64,000 nucleotides of DNA. Source: Balanoglossus misakiensis. Lineage: Eukaryota > Animalia > Hemichordata. The notes under the pieces are model-generated. The model was given only the letters and a program-made list of their open reading frames with translations. It had not been told where the DNA came from and searched no databases. Where the stretch lies: positions 7,899,846-7,963,845 of the forward strand of contig CM082577.2 in the NCBI GenBank assembly GCA_040954595.2, read 5' to 3'. Position numbers and translations under genes: made by a program. Below, piece after piece: positions 1 to 13,154 of this stretch. The stretch's first letter is position 1, and every line of letters begins with the position of its first letter.

Positions 1-60
1 ATTTCTATATAAGTATATTCATTTCTCTTGAGTAATTATGACCCTTTTTCTTTTCTTCAG

Positions 61-754
61 GTGACAGATCCAGAAGAAATCCAGCTTTGTTTACAGGAAG
101 CAAACACAAGACTTCAACTTGGTAAATCGAAATTCTGAAAATCAAATATTTCATTTCGTATCAAATACAGAGAGTTGGAACTTATGGGCTTTTGCATAAA
201 GACATATGATCTTTATTCTCTGAGCTTCTTGTAATAATTTTTTAATTCTTCTATTACTCAGCGTTACATTACAAGAATCCTTATCCAAGACCAGTAAGTA
301 ATTTCCCACACTTTAGTCTTGTCCCTGCCCCATTCCCGCTGCTGGCTGCACTATGCTAAAGGAGGCTTTCCTTTTGCGTAGCACAGTAGGAATCGGGCAG
401 CGGACCAGACTATTTGTAGACAGACATAGATTTGTGTGGTCTCATGTCCGTTGTGAAATATATTCCATATAGTTTGCCATACTATACTACACATTACTCA
501 TAGACACTGTGTTAACAAGTAATTCGCTCATTTACTAATGCAAAAATTGCTTAATTGAAATACACAAAATTGTTTCATTTATTTGGCTATATTTGTTGAA
601 AGTTCAGTGTTTTTATGTATGTGTGTCTCTCTTACAGGTGAACATACCACACATGGGCCTTCCTCCTTCTGTGGGTAGAGGCAAGAAATTTCAAGACAAA
701 CTGAGAAAACAGGGGAAGCCTCTCTACTTGCGCTCGTATGATGAGAATGATTGA
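61..754 (+). CDS. LYRM1: LYR motif-containing protein 1, 3' part (exons 61-121, 262-293, 638-754; 5' end outside window)
   Basis: Spliced translation VTDPEEIQLCLQEANTRLQLALHYKNPYPRPVNIPHMGLPPSVGRGKKFQDKLRKQGKPLYLRSYDEND* matches the LYRM1 C-terminus (LHYKIPYPRP...MGL...GRG...KP.YL.S.D). GT-AG sites are canonical and phases are compatible. Confidence 0.88.
314..412. mobile_element. Small hairpin MITE-like element in LYRM1 intron
   Basis: Imperfect inverted ends tagtcttgtccctgccccattcc ... ggaatcgggcagcggaccagacta, with TA termini. Confidence 0.5.
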
Positions 755-1614
755 AGTGGTGGTGGTATCAGATGAGTGACAGTCTGTCTGGCCTTGCAGA
801 GAAAGAGAAAGGAGCTTCCATGCCTGCGGTTTCACTGAGAAACTTTGGTCACAGTTCCCAGGTCTACATGTCGACAGGACATAGTTGTTTTTTTTGGAAA
901 TTTGAGTGGGGGTAATTTAATATTACCTTCTTAACTTTCTCTGTGACTCAGTTGAAGAGATTCTATGTTTTGAAGAAGAGAGACTGAGCTATGGCCAATA
1001 GTTGGCCTTAAATGCATGTTCGACAAACATGCTATACCAGCCACTATAGGAAAAACACTTGCTGATGAAAATGTAGTATTCACTTGTCTTTCATGAAGTA
1101 GACACTCTCATCATTTATTAAAGAACATGTTTGTTATGTGACTGAAATCGTTGGCTTGTGGCATATTAAAGCGCCCTCTCGTGGCAGTAATTGTTTTTTG
1201 CTTGAATCCGATTTTCTCACATCCCAATCTGATAATAGCCAAAAGTGAGGTAACCTTCGACCTCACAGCGTATGTTTACTTCTGAGCAGGGACGGACATG
1301 CATGTGTAACTGGCATTTAGCAGTAGATGGAAGACACTTACCCGCAAGACACGTTAAAATTTAACTTGTATCAGCACGATGATAGTATATATACGGAGCT
1401 CTAACAGACAATGAATGCATAGTGAGATAGTGCATCACCCTATGTAAATCGAGAGGTACGAGGTCCCAACACTTGGGCGAAGTTCATAACATAAACCAAA
1501 CCAAGTTACCTTGGAATTCTGTGACGCGACCAGAAACGGACGTATGATCACGGATAACAGAAGGACTGTGAAACAAACCCATGGTGATCACTGTCTAGGA
1601 TAGAGTTTGCAGTC

Positions 1615-2915
1615 ATGTCGTCAACGGACGGTGCCTTGTGCGACTATGATGTGGTCATTATCGGCGGTGGTCTCTCCGGATTATCGGCAGCCGACAAACT
1701 GAAGAAGGTCGACCCCGAGTGTAAATTGCTAGTGTTGGAAGCCAAAGGTATCCATCATGTGTTGTTTCTTGCTGCAGTACTGTAGGTCGATGTTTTTCCT
1801 AATGTGGTGTTGTGGTTTTGCCGTCTGACACACAATACCAGATTGTCAAGACACGAAATTTTTCAAACATTTTTTCTTCTTGTCACAGACAGGCTCGGTG
1901 GACGTACTCTTACAGTAGAACTGCAATGTGCTGAAGGCAAGGATAAATGGGATCTTGGAGGACAGTGGGTTGGCAGGTACTGTATGGGCTTCTTTATTGG
2001 TGATGTAATTTGGATACAATGATTTCAACCGTTCAGCATTGTCTATTCAGTTGTTTTACCTACTACATGTATATATATCAACCTTTAATTAGGGCTGGGT
2101 GGAATGTGTACATGTAGAAAGATTTTCAAAGGTTCACGAACTTTTTCAGGACAGAGTGGGTGTTAATACATCCAGGGTATATGAATTGGGACAACACTGA
2201 TACAAGCACGTAGAGGAACTAGTTAAGATTATAACCTCCAAGCAGAGACCTACATTTGATTGGGGTCATCTAAATTTTAACCAGATTTGAAGTTATGCTG
2301 GTAAAATATCAATTAACAGCCAGTAAACTGTATTGTAAGTTAATTAATAGACAATTTGGTGACTAACAAGATAGCCTTGTTGGAAACAAAACGTGATAAA
2401 TATGAAGAAACTGTAGAATTTGATACGGGTAATAAAGAATAGTTTCTGAAGGACCGACATTGGTCTGAAAAACTATGCTGTGGACTTTGATCACCATAAA
2501 ATAATTGAAAACCATGTGGATTAAATAACCGTGTATATAACTATACAAATGTGTTGCCATGGAGAATGTGTCACTGAATATGATATGTGTACTGCATGAA
2601 AAGTGCCATGTAGCAGATGAAGACGTGAACTCATAAAAAATTGAATTAAAAAAATGCGCAAATTCCATGAGGTGTGAGTACCATCTTTCCTTTTGAATAT
2701 TTGACTGTTTGTGTTTTGACTTGCAGGGGCCAGCTTCACATACTTAAACTGCTTGAAGATTTGGGAATAGAGACGTACAGACAGCACACAGAGGGGACCA
2801 AATTCATGCAGATTGGCGGCAAGAAAATCCGTCACTATAGATCAAGTATTCCATCCCTGTCGCTTGTAGCACTGATAGACTTGCAACTGTTTATCAATAA
2901 GGTGTGTGTTTATTT

Positions 2916-2978
<63 letters not shown>

Positions 2979-5900
2979 TTTGAATCAGACTCAAGGACCA
3001 TAGGAATCTGTAAAAATATTAAACATTGTATATACACCCGTGACATGGGTACTAGAACACAGTCAATTAGTACAATAATCAGTATAGATTATTCCTCCAG
3101 TGCCTGCACTGTAAGGAATCTATATATACATGCATATAAAACCGTCTTAACCCTAATGCTACTGGGTGTCATACCTGCTTAGAGTGTCAAGTCCCTTGAA
3201 ATACGTATTTGCAGGTTGAGAAGATGAGAAAACAAGTGCCATTGGAGAATCCAGCAAAAGCAGCTAAAGCAGTAGAATGGGACAGTATGACAGTGGAATC
3301 TTTCAAGAGACAACAGATGTCAACAAAAGGTGAGAGTCTCTATTAAAACCCCACATATTTTGTCTGATGGTTTTTTTGTGTGTGTGAATTCAAAAGAACA
3401 CAACGAATGTGTGTCTGTTTTGTATGTATTTGGCATCAGCACAGCCTTAGGAATTATTCAAAATTCTCCATGCTGAAATAATAATTTGAAAGTATAATAT
3501 GTGTTGATTACAAAAATACTGCCGAAATTAGCAACTAGTTAAAGTGAAAGAGTAATCAACTGGATTGAAGGTCACAGTGAATGTACATGTAAGTTTTCAT
3601 CTTTGTATTCTATATTCTCATCAGCTGCCATGGAAGCTGTGAATGCAGCCATCCGTATTATCTTTGGTATGGAGTGCTCCGAGATGTCCCTATTGTACTT
3701 CCTTCACTACGGCAACGCCAGTGGTGGTTTGTCCAACCTGATTGAAGCGGATGAGGGTGCCTGCCAGGGTCTCAAGCTTATGGTATGTTGTTAAGATGTG
3801 AAAGCTTTACTGTATCTATAGGCTCCACGTTTGTCGATGGAGTATTGCTGCATCTGTGTGTCTGTGCATTGAAATGCATGGAACTTGCACACCACTCCTG
3901 CAAAAAAAACCTTGAATGTGACTCTCATTGCAGGGAGGAGCTCAACAGATTTCGGAGAAATTGGCCGACGCGATCGGAAGAGATAACGTCATTCTCAGTG
4001 AACCAGTCACTGACATCAATCAGGAAGATCCGAGTCTTGTCAAAGTGACCACAGCCAGTGGCAGATGCGTGTCTGCCAAAAGGGTCATCATCACTGCACC
4101 CCCGCATTGTGCAGGTCAGGGGTCATGTTTGTTTGTTGCATGTTCTTTTCTCCAGTTCTTAGTGTTTTTGTAAGTGAGACAGACTATGTATGTTGTGGAC
4201 GGAACGAATTCTAGTCGGGACTGGGATTTAAAAAAAAATATCCTGAGTCAATTTGAAATCCTCTAGAAATTTATTTTTGTCAGCATTATACCGAAAATGT
4301 AAAATGGATAATTTTCTTGCACCATTAACATTATTTGAATTTATTCTGATTGTGTTGAATATTTTGTGTACTTTCAGGTAATATTCGATATCAGCCGTCT
4401 CTGCCACTTGACAAGCAATCATTGATTCAAAGGCAGCCTGTGGGTCATACAATCAAATTTTTAGCAACATACAGCACTGTAAGTAGACAAATAATGAAGA
4501 ATAAATCATATTGTGCTTTCAGCCAAAATAATTGGGACATTATTGTCAGTCAGTTTTATTGTTTAATGAACGTTTTGGTGACCTTTTAGTTTAACCTCCC
4601 TACAAAGCCCTGGCAGTTTAAATTGTTGAAATGGTTGCATGTCCTATTTACCAAACTGTGATAAGTAATTGTGTCCCTTTGATGTCAAAATGTTTAATTT
4701 GTCCTCACTATGATAATTAGGGCAGTGAAAACCTGGTTCTACAGCTTTCCAAAAGCTGCCAAGGGATAGCTGTCTCGGTGCTATCACTAATCGTGGTGCA
4801 TGCTGGGAAATGATAATCTGTGATCATTCATGGTCAAATAGACCCTTTTCTGGCCGCCACAATTTTGGAGAAACATATACCCCCTAACATCATTGGTAAT
4901 TTTTGACAGAAATTTTGGCGGGAGAATGGACAATCTGGAGAGGTGGTGTGTAGCTATGGAAATCCTTTACAGGTTGACAGCAGTGGGCCTTTGTGTTTAG
5001 TCTATGATGCGACCAGTGGCTATGGCAATCCTGCATTGGTCGGCTTCTTGGGAAAGTCGAGGCAGTGGAGCAAAATATCAGTAAGTGTGGTAATATGACC
5101 TTGAAAAATGTCAACCCCTCTGCTTCATCCAGTTTCCATAAATATAATGTGTACCTGTATGCTACGAATTAAAAAATTCACTAAAAAATAGTCCACTTTT
5201 TCAGTCAAGTCTTTGTATGCATTTAATCTGCAGCCTGAAGAAAGAAAACAAGCTGTCTTAAATCATCTGTCTCAGTTCTTTGGAAAGATGGCCGCTGAAC
5301 CGATCGAGTATAGAGACAAGGTGAGAACAAGCTCCCATTTCTTCATCTCTCAGACTTAGAAGACATTTGCTTTCTTGGAAGCATCCACACTTTCCATCAG
5401 AAATCAAGTGAAGTCAGTCGGATCATCAAGTTCCAGTTTTTATGTGACTGAACGTTCATCAGCAATATTCAAATACTCTACGTTCATTTGTGGAAGTAAC
5501 TAATACTATATATGTTTCTCCATCAGTAGTTCTCAAAGGTGACAATTCACATGTTGTGAAGATGTATCTGATGTAAAAGTTTCAGAATTTTCAGTTTAGC
5601 ACCAGCTTCCAATAGCTCTTATCTGTATAACACCCACTTTGATCTGTTATTGTCGTAACATCAAAGATACTGCTATGTACCATGTACACTTAGGTGTTGT
5701 TGGTGATTGATAAATTTGGCAATCACCTCAAAGAAAAGAACTTAATGGAATGGAAACTAATGGAATTTTTCCCAAACTTTTAAAATTTCCAAGGATTGGG
5801 GGGAAGAGCCGTATAATGGTGGATGTCCAGTGAGTGTGATGATGCCTGGAGCCATTACTTACTTCCACGATGCACTGAGACAACCTTTCGACAGGTGAGT

Positions 5901-7506
5901 GACAATTCGGCTCAGCCATGACTGAGGAGAATTCTTTCTTTCTCCAAAAGGTTGCTAATTAGTCGGTTCAGGCTGCCAAAATCTTGCATGATCAAATCAA
6001 TGATTTTGCATGAACATCATGGCATGTAACAAGATGTCTCTCTCTATACACCAACTGTGGCACATCATTCCCTGTATATACCTACAGGTTGCACTGGGCA
6101 GGCACAGAAACTGCTACAGACGGCCCTGGCTACATGGACGGTGCCGTACAGTCTGGTCACCGCGCGGCCGACGAGGTGCTAGCCAACCTTAAATCTAATG
6201 TTGAAGATGACAGCACTGCCAATATGGCTAAATAAATAAGCCAGGTGCTACCGTGACAGCATGTACTGTGTGCTAAGTTACTACGATGCAAGACTTGAAT
6301 CTTTTGCATGTAATCATGTTGTTCTGTGCAAAAAAAAAATGGCATGATTCTTTTAAAAATTGCATTTTAAAGCCACTGTGATAAGCTTGTTTATACTGAA
6401 GACTATTTAGTTGCAATTTAGCACTTGAGTAGTGCAGAGCAAAAACTACATTTTACTGTTTCTACCTGCATTGTATGTTTGACATGATAGGACGCCCTCT
6501 ATAGTATGTCTATAAAAAGTAAAGGTTGCTGAATTCTTGCCACTATGAAATAATCATGGAAAACATATGATAATTCATGGACATAAACCTGTAAACCTGT
6601 AAAGATTATGAATAATAACCAGTGGCGCACTCTCCATGAATAACATAAACCGGTTTGACAAATGAAGGATGGATATATTTTCTATTTTCGTATGCTTTCC
6701 TACAAATATAATTTATCATTATTAAGGACATGTTATGTGATACTTTTAAAATACAAAACATTATGACAATATTCCAGTTTTTAGCATTGTGTTTAGTTTT
6801 GAATAAATGTGATTATTAATGGTGTAGGTCTCTTCTGTATATTTATACCCATCGTTTCCCAGTGCAGTTCATGTTACATATACCTGAACTCTTGTGTATC
6901 AGTACAATTTCTGTTGTCCTGAATAACATGCGATGGGCAAGAGAGAATGTAGGATGTTGACTGATAGTGACTAATGACACATCAGACCTAAAATGGAGTC
7001 TGTAGATGGAATACATACCTCTAAAACAGGGATACTTTATGGCTGCTGGTTATAACTGAGATAAATACATCAACGCTTTACAGACAACATTCCGAATATT
7101 TTATTGCTGAAAATGTATCTATTTTCCAGATTTGAAAATCAAATCAAGTCAAACACTTGTAGCAATTAGTAGATAGAAAAGGAAAAAATCTGCATGAACT
7201 ACCGGTAATAAGTGTTACATTTTTTAATTTTTTTACAGAATTCACTGGGCAGGTACGGAAACAGCCAATGTGAGTGTCGGCTTCCTGGATGGTGCCGTTC
7301 AATCCGGACGCAGAGCGGCCGTTGAAATCATGTCCGACCTGAGACCACATCTGGTGACAGACTCCGACAGGGAGATGGCAACGTCAAAACGCAATGTGCT
7401 GTGTGAAGAACAATCGGCATGGTTCAGTTCGACCATTCAAATCATGGTTGCCATTGGATTGGCAGCTGTCGGTTACGTTTTTTACAGAATGAAATGTGTG
7501 ACGTAA
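1615..7506 (+). CDS. Flavin-containing monoamine oxidase-like protein, tail-anchored isoform (exons ~1615-1747, 1889-1976, 2727-2901, 3215-3329, 3625-3782, 3934-4114, 4378-4478, 4910-5080, 5234-5319, 5794-5894, 7239-7506)
   Basis: Rossmann motif [15 protein letters not shown]...[42 protein letters not shown] and HWAGTETA...[15 protein letters not shown]-terminal hydrophobic helix [15 protein letters not shown] is followed by RMK. Splice phases are consistent. Confidence 0.9.
2911..2981. repeat. (TTTA)n microsatellite
   Basis: Visible tetranucleotide run in an MAO intron. Confidence 0.95.
6088..6235 (+). CDS. Alternative (proximal) terminal exon of the MAO-like gene, without transmembrane tail
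   Basis: Acceptor cctacag is in the same phase as 7239. It encodes [54 protein letters not shown] occurs at 6231 and ~6802. Confidence 0.8.
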
Positions 7507-10500
7507 ATTAATCACACGGCGAAATCACAATGTTTGGAGACAGGACCAAGTCATTCATGATGTTGGGATTATTTTTTTAGATTTGACGCGAAAATCTAAT
7601 GAAAATGGAACAGTCAGCGATAACATACCCGCAATTCGGCAAATATAATGAGCAATGATTAATCAAGCTTTCCGTATCTTAAAATTTGCGATACATGTCT
7701 AAATAATTGACGTGGGCTCAATGCGACCTCATATATGGACAAAAATCAAGTTGAACTTGGACTTCGGAGCCTTACGCTGCCCGAGCAAGGATAACGTGTG
7801 CCTTGTGATCAAATAATGGGAAAGTCACCAGCACTCCTAAATCCGTCGCTTCTAGTATTTGACAGACTTTTTGAATAAACACTCTCCAAATCATGTGATC
7901 ATCCTGCAATCAGTCTTCAGAACTACACGCTATGTCACCACTTCAGCAGCTTTGTCGCCGAGATTGGTCATCCACGTCGTAGAAACTGTCAGCTTTTCTA
8001 TCACATGTCCAAAGATCCAAGCTCTTTCGGTCACTCGATGAGTTGATTTAATCCCTGACGTCGACCACCACTTCTTTGCATACCTTTGTTCACAGCTGTC
8101 ACCTGTTCCAAGTCGCGACATACCCACAGCCAAGGTCGTTCGAGCCACTTGTGGTCGGTACCAGCCCGTAACAAGTGCATCTTGTTTGCATGCTGTCGTT
8201 TTGCATCGTGTCATGAAGTAAGATGATATGCGACGCAATTTATTGCCATTCGAAAATTTCGATGTCCTACCACTTTCAAATAACGGTACTTTTAACGGGA
8301 TAAGGACAAAAATGGGTTGAATGGGTTATATTACTGACTATCTCCTAATATTTCTCTGCTTTGTCTATGGCAAGTATTCGTCCGATATGAAGACTAATAA
8401 ACGAAATTGTCCATGAACTGCACGCAACTCTCGATTAGCAGAGTGTCAAGTTGTCTTACAGATGAGGCGCTCTCAAAGCAATTCCACGTTCCATAGATCC
8501 TTTTTGGGACAAATCGCCTTGAATAGCCATGCATTTTCTTTAAATTAATACACTTTTACGTGAAAGCCACTGCATTGGACAACTCAGTGTGGGGAAGCTT
8601 TATGAGCTGTATATTACAGATTTTTCCTGTTCAAATCGGTGTCGGGTGCGCGCAGTAGAGGCAAGCCACGGAAGAGAAAGTTTAACAAGAAATGATGAAC
8701 TCCAAGCAGAGATCCCCAAGTTTGATATCACCTTGGTTTGTTTGTGTTGCTGCTTTATTGTGATGCCCCGCCATATAGAACACGGTAAACTGTCTCCTCA
8801 GTCGATTGGGCGATAACTCCCAAAAACGACCACCTGTTCTGTCAATACTCTCATTTACATATGTAAATGATCTCTGACCACACCTCCTTTTTGGGTGTAT
8901 CTGATATAACCAAAGTCGAAAAAGCGAGAACTTCTGTCGGGGATTTACAGGTAAGCAGATATGTTCTTTTTTACCAAGAAAATGAATATTGAAAATTGTA
9001 GACGAAGTAGACTGTCTGATTGCCCAAAATTGTATGTTCGAGGATGGCCAATTTCAAATGTTACTGCATTGACTACATCTTAAACGCACACAGTCCTCGA
9101 TTCATTAAAAAATTCTGCGCGAAATCAGAAAATCAACCCAAGTCAGAGATAAAGTTTTGGGTACGAGTTCATGTTTACGTTTGATTATTTTGTAATTTTT
9201 CAATTGCAATGTGATAATATCACACATTGTATTATCTTTTTTTTCTCGCTCTAGGCCTACGCCCTGGTCTTTCACTCTAGATAGTCAAGTTTGACAGGTT
9301 TTCTTACACTTGTAGTTTTCCTACTGGTACTTAAAAGTTGACAGTTTGCTGTGTACATACACAAACAACCAACTCCGAAGGAGAAAACACACGGTTCCTT
9401 CCTTCAGTCATACATCGAGCACGCGACGGTGTGGATATATTTCAACTCGCTTCCAGGTAAGACACGGGCTTTTTTTCTGGCAGTGGACTCGATTTTTGTA
9501 ACTTGCAGTCGATTTTAATTTTAGCAGTACTTCACATCAACATTATTATTATCAACCAACTGTTATGAATTAGGTTCCGTGGGTGCAATTAATTTTCGTG
9601 AGTCGTACAGTCATTGAGTCAGATAAAATAATGAAAACCATTATGATATTTATTGATATGTCGAGTTTACGTACGAATGACTTCAACTGTTAGCAACTAC
9701 CGGGATTTCTAGAAAACCATGCGTATGTCGAATTACTGCCAGATGCACGAAAGTTTGTTGAAAGTTTTTCGTTAAAAAAACACAAACTATCACTGGTGCA
9801 ACTTTCCGATGAAGGAGGTAAATACTCTTCGTAACTATTGATAAAGCAAACTGCAAAAAATCCTATTCGACATGATATTTTCAAGTAAAAAGAAGCCAAA
9901 ACCTGTTTTAACTCTGCTATGTGAGTGGCGGGTTAAGGTTTCTCAACTGGCAACAACACTTGGCATTGTTTGAGTTTGGTTTCCATGGATGCACGGTACA
10001 GACTGGCACTTCGAATCATGTGAGGAAGTCCAATGGGGATTTCAAGCATTTCATTCTGACTGCAGTCATGCACAATGTATTGTGTTTACATTGTCAAGGC
10101 CGGATGACATTTAGTCAATTTGACGTGAAACATCCACTAAGAAATTAGCTTCATTGCTATGGGCAAAATCCGGTCTGGTGAATTTCGTCATTTCCTTCTT
10201 CATTTCATCCCTTCCATATGAATGCGGTTACGTACATCGAAATGACGGTGTCGTTCCCACGTACACCGTTTCCCCTTCCCCGAGAGATATGACACCTCTG
10301 TATTTTTATATGTTTAACTTTTGAGTCTAGTTGCTAGGACAACATAGAGAGTGGTAAAACACTGCCACAGCCAAAGCGGCACACCCATGACTGAAAACAA
10401 CGTTTGAACTTTTTCCTGTAGGCACAAAACCCTAATTGATGTTTAAAGAAAATGGGGGCAAAGCACGAAATCTACGTGTAAAGAAACATATATAGCCTAG

Positions 10501-10883
10501 GGGCCTACATTGTATTTATCGAGAAAAAATAAAGATAATTTTTAGGAAAGTGTAAAGCTGACATCATTGCACATCACACAAAAATGGAGCAAGGCAATCT
10601 GAGTGTGTGTTTTTTAATTTACGAAGAGGCATCCGTTTTCATGTTATTTACAAGTATTCTTTCCAAATATTTTAATAACAAGTTAAGTACAGCACCAAAA
10701 GTTCGAAACCTCGCAAAAATGTTTCTCGAAGATATTGGAAGTAGGGTTCATGATGTCAGCCGTGTAAACCATCGCGACCAAAGAATGTGAGGGTGTCTAA
10801 GTGAGCGCACCTTGATAGATACTTCACTTATTTTTACATCTGATTTCACAGCTACTGGGTGTGCTACAGGTATCTCTGACACA

Positions 10884-12497
10884 ATGTTTACCATCCTTCG
10901 TCTTGTCGGGCTGGGTAAGTACCCATTTAAGTCTTTCAAGAGGTTTCGTATTGTATACAGAAGACGCCCCTCGAACGAAAGTAAATATCTCTCTCATTTC
11001 TTTTCAATTTTCATTACAATCGATTAAACAAACACTTTGTCAGTCTTTATGACTTTATCATTTTGAAGTTGAGTACATATGTCCACCGAGTTTATTTTTT
11101 AAGGAGAGTTGTCGATCAAGCCGGTAAATATTTAATGTCCATTTTCTGAAGTAGCTATGCATATTCATTCATCATAATAATTCAGACAACAAATCATCTA
11201 CATTTAACCAAACGACATCTTTAAACACGACGGACTACGTACAATTACATGTTCGAAAGGCCTTATAAGTAATTTACACCATTTACATTGTTAGAGACAA
11301 AATGCGTTTTCAAATCAGAATTTTCAAATGTACAAGCTTACCTTCGCTATACCCAAGAGAGTTTGTGCTAAAATTAATATACTTTTGTTGTAATGTCAAT
11401 GAGCCAATTTTAATTCCTTGGCTGAATGTTTGTTGTTTTGCAGCGTCGTTGATATCTGCTACCACGGCAGCAACATGCTGCTTGTGCGATGACACTGATT
11501 CCAAGAACGCCTTTGACTGTTCCACTGACTGTGGAATAGAATATGATTGTGATGGCAAGGGGGGCGGCGGACAAACAGTCTGCGTTGTAAGTGTTTTCAT
11601 TTAATTGTAAGTGTTTTCATTGTATTGTACATACTATTATTTTGGTTTCTGTCGACGGAGGTTGGAAAGAAACCGTACTTACTGAACGTTATTGGATGAA
11701 GGCACTGAGGTCGATTTCACAGTAATATCATTTAAATCTTACGAAATTTTCTGGACATGTCTCAAAAGTACACATAACTCATTGGGGCTACCTCCATCAT
11801 GCACATCTAGGTTCATCGTCGTGACAACGCATCAACGACACAGTTCGTGAGAAACTGTGCTTACTTGGGACAGGACGACTGTTACAACGGCTGTAGAACA
11901 AACCCGTTTGATGGTAAGACATAAACATAGTATTGCGAGAATGCAAATTTGAGAGCCATGGGACAATTTAGTGCGCCAAGGTCTTCGCTCTCCGAAAATT
12001 AGTTCGCTGGGGAGAATGTAGTCGAGCGGACGATGTGCGTGTGGATGATACATGTTAAATTGTGTACGAGTTGGAGAATGCGAATATAAGGATCATTGAT
12101 CATGAGCCATCGTCACATATCTGTAAGAATATTGATAACATCGGTGACTTTTTGTTAAAGGTCTTTCCAAGTAAATGTACCTTCATCATTGGTTACACAC
12201 GCAATGTTGAGGTAGGCCTAAATTAAACCATTTCTACAACCACCCGTTTCTTTCTTTTATGCAGCAAACGACCGCAAATGCGATGACTGCTGCGACACAG
12301 ATCTCTGCAATGGACCGACTAATGACCCGGCAATCCACGACACTTGTGATCAAGCAGACCCAGGCAACCCAGGCAGCACCGTAGAAGGCCCGACCGGAGT
12401 CACTCCCAAGAACGCTGCATCTCAGTGTTATCCAGCCTGGACGCTGGTGGCACTGTTTGTCATGAAAATGTTCGTCATCGTCAGTAACGCGTCATAG
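10884..12497 (+). CDS. Ly6/uPAR three-finger-type, probably GPI-anchored protein (exons 10884-10914, 11444-11586, 11811-11913, 12265-12497)
   Basis: Spliced MFTILRLVGLASLISATTAATCCLCDDTDSKNAFDCSTDCGIEYDCDGKGGGGQTVCVVHRRDNASTTQFVRNCAYLGQDDCYNGCRTNPFDANDRKCDDCCDTDLCN...KNAASQCYPAWTLVALFVMKMFVIVSNAS*. It has a signal peptide, a CCxxDLCN terminal motif and a hydrophobic C-terminal GPI-like signal. Confidence 0.8.
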
Positions 12498-13154
12498 ACC
12501 AGAGGCAGTCCGACAGTCTATACATAGACTGACGTTGTACATCTCTGCATCGAAACGAATTTTAATTGTAACTTCATTTACCTGTTATCATACAAAGCAG
12601 ATGATTCTAAGGTGATAATGGACACTTTTGTAATGCACAAGTATTTTGTGTACATTTGTTCAATTTAATGACAGAAAACTTTATTGATCAGCAATAATAA
12701 TACAGTCTCTTATGAAGTTTAAGAAAAAATTACAACACTAGTAAGAACAAATATAGAGTAAATATCAAACATTAACTTACATGACAAAATCAAAATCCTC
12801 GATGATGCTACAATAACTGTACTGGGATGTACAGTACAAAAACGTCCTCAAAAAGGCCAAAAACTGCAATGGTTCAGTAATTCCATTAGTACTGACTGCA
12901 TAGCCAGTAATGAATGTTGGTTTTTTACTCTCCCAGAATACTAAAATAAAATTTACAAAGAAACACTGCACCTCTTCCCCAGCTGCAGTTCATTTTTATA
13001 TTCTGAATGCACAGCAGGGGAACCGCCCAGAGTTTATTTCTCATCTTTGCCTCCAGAGGGCCACATTAACCAGAGGTGCGTGGACTCCTACAGTCATATC
13101 ACAATAAAGTGTTCGTGTAATCATGGAATAAGGACACAAAGTCTGTGTCTCTCA

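Noticed and set aside
1748-1888. Possible U12 intron (GTATCCAT donor) in the MAO-like gene
   Set aside because: It mismatches GTATCCTT, has no TCCTTAAC branch site near the acceptor, and has an ordinary pyrimidine tract.
6221-6235. Peroxisomal PTS1 on the short MAO isoform
   Set aside because: The C-terminus is -MAK, which does not fit the [SAC][KRH][LM] consensus.
7859-8238. 102-aa minus-strand ORF and overlapping ORF downstream of the MAO-like gene
   Set aside because: No recognisable domain, splice structure or transposase/RT motif.
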